DNA of 63,686 nt, the filler included, from Octopus bimaculoides (Eukaryota), in assembly GCF_001194135.2 (NCBI RefSeq). It is 7 parts of 6 records of this genome, joined end to end, with 100 filler letters (N's around TTAATTAATTAA, not from the genome) between each part and the next. Parts side by side here need not be neighbours in the genome. Positions count along the whole stretch, not along the records: positions 10,816 to 16,862 come from NC_069002.1; positions 16,963 to 47,155 come from NC_069008.1; 5 more parts are not named here. The stretch is one strand, 5' to 3'. The position numbers were made by a program, and so were the translations under genes. Positions 12,817 through 25,041 of this stretch are shown in pieces (within the stretch, counting starts at the first letter, position 1; the number at the start of each line of letters is the position of its first letter). The notes below the pieces were generated by a model that was given only the letters and a program-made list of their open reading frames with translations, was not told where the DNA came from and did not search any database.

Positions 12817-14775
12817 CTTTCTTTACTGGCTACACGGGGCTGAAAACAGAGGGGAGAAATACAAATGTAGAGCTTTTCGAAAATGAAAACGAAAATGGGA
12901 AAAAGTGAGAAAAAGACAGTAAAATTCCGACCAAAAGGGATCAGGGGAAAAAAAGGCGATCAAAAGGGATCGTATATCACAGAAGAATTTTTAAAATGGT
13001 TGGACACCGCACGAGTGCGTACAGAATGGTTTCGTCGCTCTGGCCGCATCTCGGGCAAGTCGGTCCGGTGTGTCTCGAACCGTGCTTGTACAGCTTATCC
13101 CGAACAAGTAATACTTCTCGATAGCACTGCAGGCCAGGGATTTTTGTTGATTGTCCATAGGTCCCGGCCCGAAAGTTGTCCTGAACAGGCGGTCAGGTGT
13201 TCCTCATCGACACCCAGATTCTGCCCGAGAACATCGTCGCACATCCCCTCTACTAATTTTCTATAGAACGCTTTTGTTGTAATAAAGTCGCACAAGTTTG
13301 GACCCGGACGGCAGAGTTGCTTGAGAGCAACTCGACACTCGCGATGCCATTCACCTAGCCTAGGTCTCTGTTTGATCCACCAGTGCAGTTCGGACAAGGA
13401 GACGAGCTGCAGGAAAGCGAGCCGCACAAACGGTGACTACACCTATTCACCGTCGCCCATGAAGCGCTGGAGATGTCGCAGTCTCAGCGCATGTCTGCGC
13501 ATCATCAACCACGGTATGCCTAGCCCTCCATTTAGCGGGTGTTGAGAGCAAATGGATCGCCTAACCATCGGTATGCTTCCCTTTCACAAGAAGCGGAAGG
13601 GTATGCGTTCTACTTTGGTGATAGTAGGGTTGGGACAAGGCACGACGATCAGACGGTACTCGATGACGGATGCGATGTACGCATTCGCCACCTCTGCCCG
13701 ACCTTTTAGAGATAGTTTCCTCTCGACCCATTGCTGGGTGAGAGTGGCCACTCTAGTCGTTATTTCTCCCCAGTTCTTCTCCATTTGGAGGTCCGGACGA
13801 ATCAGATACCGAGCAATTTAACCGCTCCGTCGGTTCTGTGTCCCACGATGGAGACGCTGTTGGACGGTATGGGCTTGCTTCTCCAGGTGCCGAGCCGCAA
13901 GCCCACTGACTTTTCCCGATTAATTTTTGCTCCCATTATCCATTATCACTTCGTATTCTTTTAGTGTCTTGCCAACCAGGTCGACATGCTTGATGGTGAC
14001 GTCGTCCGCGTATGTAGACACGCCCCTCCCGCATCCCACCTCTTTGGGATGCTCCTCAGTATCGCCGGCTTCAGTAGTAGTGGCTCAAGAGACAATACAT
14101 ACAGAAGCGACGAGAGAGGGCATCCTTGACGAACCAAACGCTTGATGTTAAATGATCTGCATAGATGACCATTTACGCGAACTACAAAGCCGATGCTTCT
14201 GTATAAGGCAGCGATCCGACTGCGGAGGATGGAACCGAAACCAGCCGCTTTAAGGACAGCCTCTAAGTAGTGATGATCTACCCTATCGAAAGCTTTTGAT
14301 TGATCCAAATTGATCAGCGCCCCACCCGTGCCAGCATCCATAACTACCTTGTCGACTAGTTTCTCGATGACAAGCGCCAACCTCTCAGCTAACACCTTGG
14401 CCAAAATTTTCAAATCTGCTTTGAGCAGAGTGATGAGCCTGAAGTTATCTATGACGTTGCTCTTGTTTGGATCTTTCTTTATCAGTGCCACCGCTTCTCG
14501 GTTTACGAAGACGGGGATACTCCGGTTTTGCAGCCAGTTGCAGTAGACAGCTGCCAAGATTACTCCAAACAAGTCTGGCATATGACAATAAGGTTCGTAA
14601 GGCAGACCATCCAAGCCTGGTGACTTGTCTCTCGCGCAGCCTGCTATCGCATCCCGTAAGTCCGCGGCTGTGATTGGTCTTTCACAACACTCCGCCTCTC
14701 TTGCTAAGAGCCGTGGCAGGCCATGCAGGTAGGCACTAAAGTCCACTCTGCGTTGTAACCCACCAAATCTTAAGA
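12817..14775 (-). mobile_element. 5'-truncated, internally deleted Tx1/L1-clade LINE (RT, zinc knuckle, 3' UTR)
   Basis: ORF 13961-14830: KSPGLDGLPYE, NFRLITLLKADLKILAKVLA, INLDQSKAFDRVDH, VRQGCPLSSLLYVL; after a frameshift YADDVT, KINREKS, KLSLKGRAEVAN; CPRCGQSDETILYALVRCP near 13060-13000; pyrimidine-rich 3' UTR ending next to a (TATC/TGTC)n tract. Confidence 0.93.
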
Positions 14776-14819
14776 AACTTCTAACCAAAACAAGATTTGC
14801 ATCAGAGAAAGAGATGATG

Positions 14820-15135
14820 CAAGTTAGCAAATGTGGAGACCCCGATGTGGGACATGTGATTTAATAGAAGAGGGACCAGCCAAAAGATTCAAGAATGGAA
14901 AAGTATTAAAGGTGAATTCAAATACGAACTGCAAAAGCAGAAACCTGATATATTGTATCACATGCCCACGATGCAACAAACACTTAGATGCATAACATGT
15001 AGCGATCATTTGGACACCTGTGCACAAGGAAAATTTGCAATTTCTCCTCTTCAAAAAATAAACGAAGAGAACGACCTTCTCCGTAAGGCAAAAGAAGAAG
15101 AATTCATATTTCTGTGTCCGAAACTAAACAGGAAA
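14820..15135 (+). mobile_element. Penelope-like element, GIY-YIG endonuclease fragment
   Basis: KCGDP/RCGTCDLIEEG linker, then FKNGK..NTNCKSRNLIYCITCPRCNKH; after a deletion DHLDTCAQGKFAISPLQKI..RKAKEEEFIFLCPKLN. Confidence 0.82.
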
Positions 15136-15571
15136 TGGTCAACAACAATTTTACTGAAAACAACTTCCACTATATATAATAACACGTGCTTGAAAACGTT
15201 AAGAACTGAAAGCGCTTGCACATCAATAAAAGCAAAGCCTACACACATTTTGTGAAATCTCTTCCAAAAGGTTAGTGTCTTTTGACTTTCTATAAAGATT
15301 CTTTACTCAATCTTAACTTTCTCAGAAAAAAAATCTTCTCTCCAAATATTATAANNNNNNNNNNNNNNNNNNNNNNNNNNNNNNNNNNNNNNNNNNNNNN
15401 NNNNNNNNNNNNNNNNNNNNNNNNNNNNNNNNNNNNNNNNNNNNNNNNNNNNNNNNNNNNNNNNNNNNNNNNNNNNNNNNNNNNNNNNNNNNNNNNNNNN
15501 NNNNNNNNNNNNNNNNNNNNNNNNNNNNNNNNNNNNNNNNNNNNNNNNNNNNNNNNNNNNNATATATATAC

Positions 15572-15619
<48 letters not shown>

Positions 15620-15641
15620 CCTTGTCCCATTCTGTATTATT

Positions 15642-15690
<49 letters not shown>

Positions 15691-16011
15691 TTCGTTTTGG
15701 GATTTTGAACTTGAAATGTAGTTTACACCATGAGATGCATAGAAGGTGCATGTAAAGACATGAACATGACACACATATGAGAGACATATGAACATCTGAG
15801 ACAATATGACGACACAAAAACAGTCTTCTATAATGTACCAACATGCCAAAGACCCCCATGTAAGCAAGTTGCGTCATCCTGACATCCGCATCTAACCAAG
15901 CACCCAAAAGACCGAACACTCAGACAAATACGGGAGTACGTCCTTATGAATAAATCTTCCCCAATACTAAATAGGAAATATACATAGTAGATATCATATT
16001 TCTGAAGTAGT

Positions 16012-16227
16012 AAGGCGGCGAGCTGGCAGAAACGTTAGCATGCCAGCCCAAGTACTTATCGGTATTTCGTCCACCGCTACGTTCTGAGTTCAAATTCCGC
16101 CGAGGTTGACTTTGTATTTCATCCTTTCGGGATCGATAAATTAAGTACAATTTACATACTTGGGTCGATCTTATCGACAAGACCCCCTTCCCGCAAATTT
16201 CGGGCCTTGTGCCTAGAGTAGAAAAGA
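16012..16227 (+). mobile_element. tRNA-derived SINE, family B (type-1 tail), with 16-bp TSD
   Basis: AAGGCGGCGAGCTGGCAGAA head, GTTCTGAGTTCAAATTCC B box; TSD ATATTTCTGAAGTAGT at 15996-16011 and 16228-16243. Confidence 0.92.
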
Positions 16228-16778
16228 ATATTTCTGAAGTAGTTGAGTATTAGTGAAATTACATTTTATCATCACTATGGAATAGATTTGTCTATAAATG
16301 TGATGATAACGTTTGTAATGACACTTTTGCCAATCGCAATATTACTTGTAACTATATTTTCTAAATGTGATTTTAGCAGTGATGTAAGCAGAAGAATTGG
16401 TACATTTTATGATAATCAAGATGCTATCTTGTATGTTGAAATATTGAAAACTTAAATCCTAACATCAAAGAATACAGTAACTGATGCAGCTGCTGTTTCA
16501 TTACTGATCGCTGTTATCGATAGTTCGATGATGAGTTTTAGGTTGTTTTTCTTTAACTAAGCACCTATTCGTTTTTAAATGTCGCTAACACTCACAGGCC
16601 GAATAGTATTTACCTTCGGTGGAGTTTATTGATTTTTGATTTAGTGTATAAATAACATTGAAATGTAATTCTAGAAACATTATTTCTGAAACAGTGAGAT
16701 ATGTAATAAAGAGAACAGTATCAGCGCTAAAGAGGCAATGTGAACAACTACACAAGTATTTATAACAACAACAACTGC

Positions 16779-16832
<54 letters not shown>

Positions 16833-17066
16833 CATAATTATTATTATTATTATTATTATTATNNNNNNNNNNNNNNNNNNNNNNNNNNNNNNNNNNNNNN
16901 NNNNNNTTAATTAATTAANNNNNNNNNNNNNNNNNNNNNNNNNNNNNNNNNNNNNNNNNNNNTAAGCATCATGAGTCTGGTTACCGTCAGGAGTCAATGA
17001 GTTTCTGTTTAGAATAAAGGTTAAGCCATGATTTGGGAGTTGTAATGAATTTTGACAATGATATAA

Positions 17067-18518
17067 TCACACTTTCACATGAATAGATGCATGTCTAGTT
17101 AAGTTACTTTTGTATGAGAATGATTTACCACAGACATCACAGTGGTAGGGTGTTTCTCCTGTGTGTATAAATTTGTGTGTAGTTAAGCCACTACTTCGCA
17201 AAAATGATTTACCACAGATATCACAGTGATATGGTCTCTCACCTGTATGAATGCGTTTGTGATTCGTTAAGGCACTGTCTTGAAAGAATGATTTGCCGCA
17301 GGTATCACAGTGGAATGTTCTCTCTCCTGTATGATTACGTTTGTGATTAGTTAAGGCACTGTTTTGAGAGAATGATTTACCACATGTACCACAATGATAT
17401 GGTCTCTCTCCTGTGTGAATAGGTCTATGTCTTCTTAAGTGAGTATTTTCAGTGAATGCTTTGCCACAGATATCACAGTGATATGGTCTCTCTCCTGTGT
17501 GAATACGTATGTGATTAGCTAAGGCACTGTTTTGATAGAATGATTTACCACATGTAACACAGTGAAATGGCTTCTCTCCTGTATGAATACGTGTGTGTTT
17601 AGATAATTCACTGTTTTGAGCAAATGATTTACCACAGATAACACAATGGTATGCCCTCTCTCCTGTGTGAATACGTATGTGATTACCTAAGGCAGTGCTT
17701 TGATAGAATGATTTACCACAGGTATCACAGCGAAATGGCTTTTCACCTGTATGAATACGTTTGTGCTTAGATAAGTCACTGTTTTGAGAGAATGATTTAC
17801 CACAGATATCACAGTGATATGGTTTCTCTCCAGTATGAATACGTTTGTGATTAGTTAAGGCTTTGGTTTGAGAGAATGATTTACCACAGGTGTCACAGTG
17901 AAATGGCTTCTCTCCAGTATGAATACGTTTGTGAATAGTTAAGGTGTTGTTTTGAGAGAATGATTTACCACAGGTGTCACAGTGAAATGGCTTCTCTCCA
18001 GTATGAATACGTTTGTGTCGGCTTAAGTGGGTATTCTGAATGAATGCCTTGCTGCAGATATCACAGTAGTATGGTCTCTCTCCTGTATGAATACGCTTAT
18101 GATTAGTTAAGGCATACTTTTGAGAAAATGATTTACCACAGGTATCACAGTGAAATGGCTTCTCTCCAGTATGAATACGTTTGTGAATAGTTAAGGCATT
18201 GTTTTCAGAGAATGATTTACCACAGATCTCACAGTGATATGGTCTCTCTCCTGTATGAATACGTATGTGTTTATCTAAGGTACTGTTTAGAGAGAATGAT
18301 TTACCACAGGTAACACAGTGATATCGCCTCTCTTCAGTGTGAGTTCGTCTGTGGTTAATTAAGGCACCGTTTTGAGAGAAGGATTTACCACAGGTATCAC
18401 AGTGGAATGGCTTCTCACCTGTATGAACACGAATGTGATTAATTAACTTACTATTTGTTGAGAATGGTTTACCGCAGATTTCACAACTATGTTGTGATTT
18501 TCCCAATTCTTTTGACAT
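17067..18518 (-). CDS. C2H2 zinc-finger protein ZF1, 17 tandem fingers, 483 aa
   Basis: Intact ORF from ATG (MSKELGK) at 18518; CxxC-12-HxxxH fingers with TGEKP/TGERP linkers; the frame is closed upstream by TAA; splice acceptor TTTATTATTTCAG with AG at 18939-18940. Confidence 0.93.
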   Translation of the reverse strand: MSKELGKSQHSCEICGKPFSTNSKLINHIRVHTGEKPFHCDTCGKSFSQNGALINHRRTHTEERRYHCVTCGKSFSLNSTLDKHIRIHTGERPYHCEICGKSFSENNALTIHKRIHTGEKPFHCDTCGKSFSQKYALTNHKRIHTGERPYYCDICSKAFIQNTHLSRHKRIHTGEKPFHCDTCGKSFSQNNTLTIHKRIHTGEKPFHCDTCGKSFSQTKALTNHKRIHTGEKPYHCDICGKSFSQNSDLSKHKRIHTGEKPFRCDTCGKSFYQSTALGNHIRIHTGERAYHCVICGKSFAQNSELSKHTRIHTGEKPFHCVTCGKSFYQNSALANHIRIHTGERPYHCDICGKAFTENTHLRRHRPIHTGERPYHCGTCGKSFSQNSALTNHKRNHTGERTFHCDTCGKSFFQDSALTNHKRIHTGERPYHCDICGKSFLRSSGLTTHKFIHTGETPYHCDVCGKSFSYKSNLTRHASIHVKV

Positions 18519-19973
18519 TTCTCTAAGGGATACAAACAGACCCAACCATTGAAGTTTCTCACAGTATTAACATTTTTCCCTTATCCTTCTTCTCTCACCA
18601 AAGCATATAATTTCCTTCTTCTCATTCTTGTATTAATTTATTTCTTAGAAATATTTCAACTGCTATCAACTGTGAATTTATTGTTACCTAAAATTCTGCA
18701 AACTCTTTTCCAAATATATAATTAGAATGCAAAAGCAGCAGATAATGAGATGCAGAAATGGTGCTATGAATCTTCACTCAGAGCAAATAGTTCACAGTAA
18801 TTCCAGTCTAGATTTATAGCAGTTGGGTTATTATATTTGTTCTCTAAAACATTTTCTTTTAATCTTTAGAACATTGGTAAATATTCCAGATGTATCCAAT
18901 GTTAAAAAAGTTGTTTTGTGCCAATGTCATCCATTAATCTGAAATAATAAAGAAACAGTATTAGATATAGAGGAGAGATTAAAATGGTAATGTTACAATA
19001 TTTCTATATTGATTAACAAATGACATCATATAACATTTGGGGGTGTATTCCAAAACATGAATACTTGTCAGAGTGAGAAATAAACGAGGTATGTGGTTAT
19101 AGCAAATGCTAGACAAAGCAGCCAAATCTCCATTTCATCACGCACTTTTACGTCTGAAATTAAACTACTTTTATTTTTTACCGAAAAGGTTTCTCCTGTT
19201 GTTTTTAAATGCGTAGTGCCCACAAAATGGGCCGAAATTGGTCCGGAGAGAACACTAGGGGGTTAGGAGAGTGTGTAAAAGACAAAAAATATTTCTTCAA
19301 ACACATTTTTCTTTTAAATACGATCACTTCCAATAATACAGAAAACAAAAACTCTCAAAACTCCCCGCCAAAACGGAGAAATTCCGTCGTATGTTGGCCA
19401 CACATCGCTGATGGCTTCCATATTTTTCTAACGTTTTTTTCACAATCTGTTGGAGTAGAATCTCTCCCCGATTTATCTACGCACCATACAGTTAAATTGA
19501 AGAATACTCACATGAGCCGACCGAGCAATGAGGACTTATGGAAGAGACAAGAACGACGATAAAACGTGGTTACTGTAAAACGTGTGAAAACAGCGAGCAT
19601 TCGTCAAGGCAGTTGGTTCGAAAACAGCCATTTCACTTCGTTCAATATCATCCTTCTATCATATTGTTGGGCCCACGATTTGTCTCTCAAAGACATTTCT
19701 CATAAGGTCCACTGCATCAAGAATACTTGTGCAATTTCAACGGTGAATTGATTTTACGGACGTAAAATAGGAACTTCGGTCAAACTTAGGAACATCAACA
19801 TGGCTCACTGTAGCGGACCCACGAAGGGTAAAACTGAAAACCTGGACACCTTCAGAGACGGGATGGGCGGAATAGAAGACTCAATCCACGGTATAAGTAT
19901 TCCCGGATTTCTGAAAGCCAGATAAGAGATCCGGCACGAACGATCAATCGATGGATAGGTGTGTATATCTTAC

Positions 19974-20125
19974 CTGTAATGCTATACAAATCAATATTTA
20001 GTGGGAAAATATATTCAATCAAACCAAATCTCCGTGGAAACATACAGAAACACGTTATTGTTTATTCTCCCGAGTCAAGCAGATTCTAGCGGAAACGGAA
20101 GTAGGGTGTGTCATGTGACAAAAGT
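19974..20125 (-). promoter_or_regulatory. Putative promoter and non-coding exon 1 for ZF1 (P1)
   Basis: Donor CAG|GTAAG (GT at 19972-19973); tandem ETS-like CGGAAACGGAAGT 20090-20102; E-box palindrome GTCATGTGAC 20110-20119; module conserved in four copies. Confidence 0.65.
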
Positions 20126-20979
20126 NNNNNNNNNNNNNNNNNNNNNNNNNNNNNNNNNNNNNNNNNNNNNNNNNNNNNNNNNNNNNNNNNNNNNNNNNNN
20201 NNNNNNNNNNNNNNNNNNNNNNNNNNNNNNNNNNNNNNNNNNNNNNNNNNNNNNNNNNNNNNNNNNNNNNNNNNNNNNNNNNNNNNNNNNNNNNNNNNNN
20301 NNNNNNNNNNNNNNNNNNNNNNNNNNNNNNNNNNNNNNNNNNNNNNNNNNNNNNNNNNNNNNNNNNNNNNNNNNNNNNNNNNNNNNNNNNNNNNNNNNNN
20401 NNNNNNNNNNNNNNNNNNNNNNNNNNNNNNNNNNNNNNNNNNNNNNNNNNNNNNNNNNNNNNNNNNNNNNNNNNNNNNNNNNNNNNNNNNNNNNNNNNNN
20501 NNNNNNNNNNNNNNNNNNNNNNNNNNNNNNNNNNNNNNNNNNNNNNNNNNNNNNNNNNNNNNNNNNNNNNNNNNNNNNNNNNNNNNNNNNNNNNNNNNNN
20601 NNNNNNNNNNNNNNNNNNNNNNNNNNNNNNNNNNNNNNNNNNNNNNNNNNNNNNNNNNNNNNNNNNNNNNNNNNNNNNNNNNNNNNNNNNNNNNNNNNNN
20701 NNNNNNNNNNNNNNNNNNNNNNNNNNNNNNNNNNNNNNNNNNNNNNNNNNNNNNNNNNNNNNNNNNNNNNNNNNNNNNNNNNNNNNNNNNNNNNNNNNNN
20801 NNNNNNNNNNNNNNNNNNNNNNNNNNNNNNNNNNNNNNNNNNNNNNNNNNNNNNNNNNNNNNNNNNNNNNNNNNNNNNNNNNNNNNNNNNNNNNNNNNNN
20901 NNNNNNNTATATACACACACATATATATATGCATACATATATATACACACACATATATATATACATGCACATATATATA

Positions 20980-21145
20980 GGCGAAGGAGGGAGCTGTGTG
21001 GTAAGTAGCTTGCTTATGAACCACATGGTTTCGGGTTCAGTCCCACTTCGTGGCACCTTGGGCAAGTGACTTCTAATATAGCGTCGGGTCGACCAAAGCC
21101 TTGTGAGTGGATTTGGTAGATGGAAACTGAAAGAAGCCCGTCGTG

Positions 21146-21178
<33 letters not shown>

Positions 21179-21411
21179 GTGTGTGTATATGTTTGTGTTT
21201 GTACACCCTAACATCGCTTGACAACCGATGCTGGTGTGTTTACATCCCCGTAACTTAGCGGTTCGGCAATGAGCCCGATAGAATAAGTACTAGGCTTACA
21301 AAGAATAAGTCCCGGGGTNNNNNNNNNNCCCGATAGAATAAGTACTAGGCTTACAAAGAATAAGTCCCGGGGTCGATTTGCTCGACTAAAGGCGGTGCTC
21401 CAGCATGGCCA
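20980..21411 (+). mobile_element. tRNA-derived SINE, family C (CORE-like CCTTGGGCAAGT segment, internal TA/TG tract)
   Basis: GCTGTGTGGTAAG..GGGTTCAGTCCC head; homologous copies at 25042 and 31063. A 45-bp segment is duplicated across the 10-N gap (assembly overlap). Confidence 0.88.
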
Positions 21412-21555
21412 CGTATGTATGTATATGTGTGTCTGTATACAGGGAGAATTCACAAAGAAAAAAACAACAACACACGAAGACAGGTGGTGTAGAAAACAAA
21501 CAGATGTGTTAGTATAACGCATATATATAGTACATATATGTATATACATACATAC

Positions 21556-21589
<34 letters not shown>

Positions 21590-23184
21590 TAATCATCGTA
21601 ATTTAATGGATGTAATGCAAGCTGTCATGGGTCGGACGATTTCAGAAGGAATTGCAAGCCGGAAGGCTGTACCAGACAGGAGAGGCTTCTACAAAGATTC
21701 CGCCATCCAAGTTCAGTCACAAGGTTTTTTCTCCAAAGTGCCATGCAGTTGGAATGAAGGTGAAACGAAACGTCTTAAAAAACATAATCTCGAGATTAAT
21801 GTCCTGAGAGGAAGATTTTATTAAAAACATCGCAGTGCAAAGTTATCTCCCCTGCATAGATAAAGTCTTGGATAGGATTTCCATGAAACAGTGGTCTCCA
21901 ACCACGGACGGCGTCATGGAGGGTGATGTTTCTGCGGACCGATCGTGGCACATATGCGTGATTTCTGTGAACTTCAATAAAGAGACCAATAATAAAAAGT
22001 GCAATTTATTCAAGGGAAGGCAAAGTGTATACTCTTTTCACTCTCATGTACTGAAAATTCGACAAAAATTACTTATAAATAAATATATACATTAAATGTA
22101 ATATGAACTTTATAGTTATGGCAGACAAAGGTAGACGTAATATACACACTTATTATGTAAAATAAATATTCATTATAAAATAAACTTAAATACAATAAAT
22201 AATATTGTGTAAATGAATATTGAATAAACACATCGTTTTAAATTCAAGTCCAATATGCAATTTAATTATTATATAATTCTAAACAAGTCCATTATTTCTT
22301 TGTGGCCAGATCCATGGACCAGTACCGGTGGTTAGGGACCTCTGATATAAAATACAAATTTGGTAGTTGCTCTTATATGCTATTACATCGTCTAAGACAG
22401 TTTTATGTATCGTTGCATAAGATACATATTTTGAGAAGCAATCTTCACATAGTAGTTGTATCCAGTGTGGATACAGATAGAATCCAATATCCCTGTCTGT
22501 TGCAAGAGGCTAAACAATTCAGATTTAGAAGAAAATCAGGATCTACTGAAGTCTTTGGATTATGATTCCCAGCCATCTTCTACACCCAAATTTCTCTAGT
22601 CTCAACAAATATGGTACAGGTGTCATTGCAAAGCTTATTACATTGACTGATGACATTTGCAGTACAGTTCATGGCATCTGCATTATTCTCACCATCCAAG
22701 TCTCTTATTACTGTGCAGCACGACAGGTTTATGGCAAAATTTGACTTGAACAATGAGAATATCTCCTTGGTAAAGCTCTTAGTGCGATTTCTTTTCACGA
22801 AACACTCCACAGATTCGAGAAATGATTCATCAACAACCTTAAGCTTCTACTTTTTCCTTCTGACATCATATATCCAGGATTACATCAGCAAGTACAGGCT
22901 TCAATTTTCAGGAGTAGAAGGTTTAAAGTGAATAGAATTCAGCTGTTGTTACTAGCACATGAAGTGACCATATATATGCATCAAACAAAAGAAATATTGA
23001 GGAACAAGTAAAATTCAATATTGTCTTTCATTCTTTTACATATTTCAGTCCTTTCACTGAGACCCTGCTGGAGCATTGCTTTAAAGGGTTTTAGTCAAAG
23101 AAATCAACCACAGGATATTCTTTGTAAGCCAAGTACTTACTTTATCAGTCACTTTTACCAAAACGCTAAGTTATGAAGCAACAA

Positions 23185-23796
23185 TCAGACTTTCATATGG
23201 ATAGATGCATGTGTAGTTAAGTTACTTCTCCAAGAGAACGACTTGCCACAGACATCACAGTGATGTGGTTTTTCTCCTGTATGTAGCAATTTGTGTTGAG
23301 TTAAGGCACTATTTTGAGAAAATGAGGAACCACAGATATCACAATCATATGGTTTCTCCCCTGTATGAATACGTTTATGTTGAGTTAAGGTACTGTTCTG
23401 AGAGAAGGATTTACCACAGATATCACAGTGATATGGTTTCTCCCCTGTATGAATACGTTTGTGTTTAGTTAAGTTACTGTTCTGAGAGAAGGATTTACCA
23501 CAGATATCACAGTTATATGGTCTCTCTCCTGTATGAATACTTTTATGTTTAGTTAAGTGATTGGTTTGAGAGAATGATTTACCACAGGTATCACAGTGGA
23601 ATGGCTTCTGACCTGTATGAACACGAATGTGTTTATTCAAGTTACCACTTATAGAGAATGATTTACCACAGGTATCACAGTGAAATGGTCTTTCTCCTGT
23701 ATGAATACGTATGTGTGTAGTTAATTCACTGTCTTGAGAGAATGATTTACCACAGATTTCACAGCAATGATGTGATTTTCCTAAATCTTTTGACAT
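23185..23796 (-). CDS. C2H2 zinc-finger protein ZF2, 7 fingers, 203 aa
   Basis: Intact ORF MSKDLGK...HASIHMKV*; acceptor AG at 24224-24225. Confidence 0.92.
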   Translation of the reverse strand: MSKDLGKSHHCCEICGKSFSQDSELTTHIRIHTGERPFHCDTCGKSFSISGNLNKHIRVHTGQKPFHCDTCGKSFSQTNHLTKHKSIHTGERPYNCDICGKSFSQNSNLTKHKRIHTGEKPYHCDICGKSFSQNSTLTQHKRIHTGEKPYDCDICGSSFSQNSALTQHKLLHTGEKPHHCDVCGKSFSWRSNLTTHASIHMKV

Positions 23797-25041
23797 TTCT
23801 CTGAGGGATACAAACAGACCCAACCATTGAAGTTTCTCACAGTATTAAATTTTCCCCTTATCTTTTGTCTCACAGCACAGCATGTAATTTCCTTTCTCTT
23901 CTTATTCTTATAATTTATTTCTTAGAAATATTTCAACTGCTATCAACTGTGATTTTATTGATATCTAAAACTCTGCAAACTCCTTTGCAAATATATTCAA
24001 GTTTAATTAGAATGCAATAACACCAGATAATGAGATGCAGAAATGGTGCTATGAATCTTCGCTCAGAGCAAATATTTCACAGTAATTCCAGTCTAGATTT
24101 ATAGCAGTTGGGTTATTATATCTGTTCTCTAAAACATTTTGCATTAGTTTTTAAGAAACTGATAAATATTCCAGATGTTTCCAATGTTAAAAAAGTCGTT
24201 TTATGCCAATGTCATCCGTGAATCTAAAATAATAAAGAAACAGTATTAGATATAGAGGAGAGATTAAAATATAAATGTTACAACATTTCTTTATTGATTA
24301 ACAAAAGACATCAAATAACATTGGGTGAAATCTAAAAATTTGTAAACTACAACTACACCTTCACATTGTGTATATAAAGATATATGTATATCATCATTTC
24401 TTCAGTCTGCGCAGAAATATCTAAAATCTGCCTTGTTTATAATTATACCATATATCCCATGATTGGTATGGTTCAGAGCGGATAAAAATCATAAAGTTTG
24501 GAAAACAATAGTTTTAAATGCAGAAATAAATTTATGCTATTAATGGTGGTGGTGGTGGTGGTATTCCAAAATAGCGACACTTGCCAGAGTGAGAAAGAAA
24601 CAAGGAACATGGTTTGTGGTTATGGGATATGCTAGACAAAGCAGCCAAATCTCCATTTAATCACACACCTTTACGTCTGAAAATACTTTTTTTATTCTTT
24701 TTTACCGAAAGAGTTTCTCCTATGATTTTTAATTGCAAAATGCCCAGAAAAGGCACCGAAATTGGTTAGGAAAGGGGAAAACTGGTGGAATAGGACTCTG
24801 TGTAAGAAACAAAAAACAAATAAATAAATAACTTCTTCAAAAAAATTCTCTTTTAAATGAAGCGATCATTTCCAAGAATANNNNNNNNNNNNNNNNNNNN
24901 NNNNNNNNNNNNNNNNNNNNNNNNNNNNNNNNNNNNNNNNNNNNNNNNNNNNNNNNNNNNNNNNNNNGGGCTTTTATTTTTCGAAATACGTAGAAAAAAA
25001 AGATTCTGGAAAAAAATTGGTTGGCAAAATTTCAATTTTTC

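Noticed and set aside
17067-18518. 84-bp periodic repeats as a CRISPR-like or satellite array
   Set aside because: The period is the 28-codon C2H2 finger inside intact ORFs; no repeat-spacer structure or cas genes, and the DNA is eukaryotic.
21274-21373. Tandem duplication inside the SINE
   Set aside because: Exact 45-bp repeat on both sides of a 10-N gap; unmerged contig overlap.
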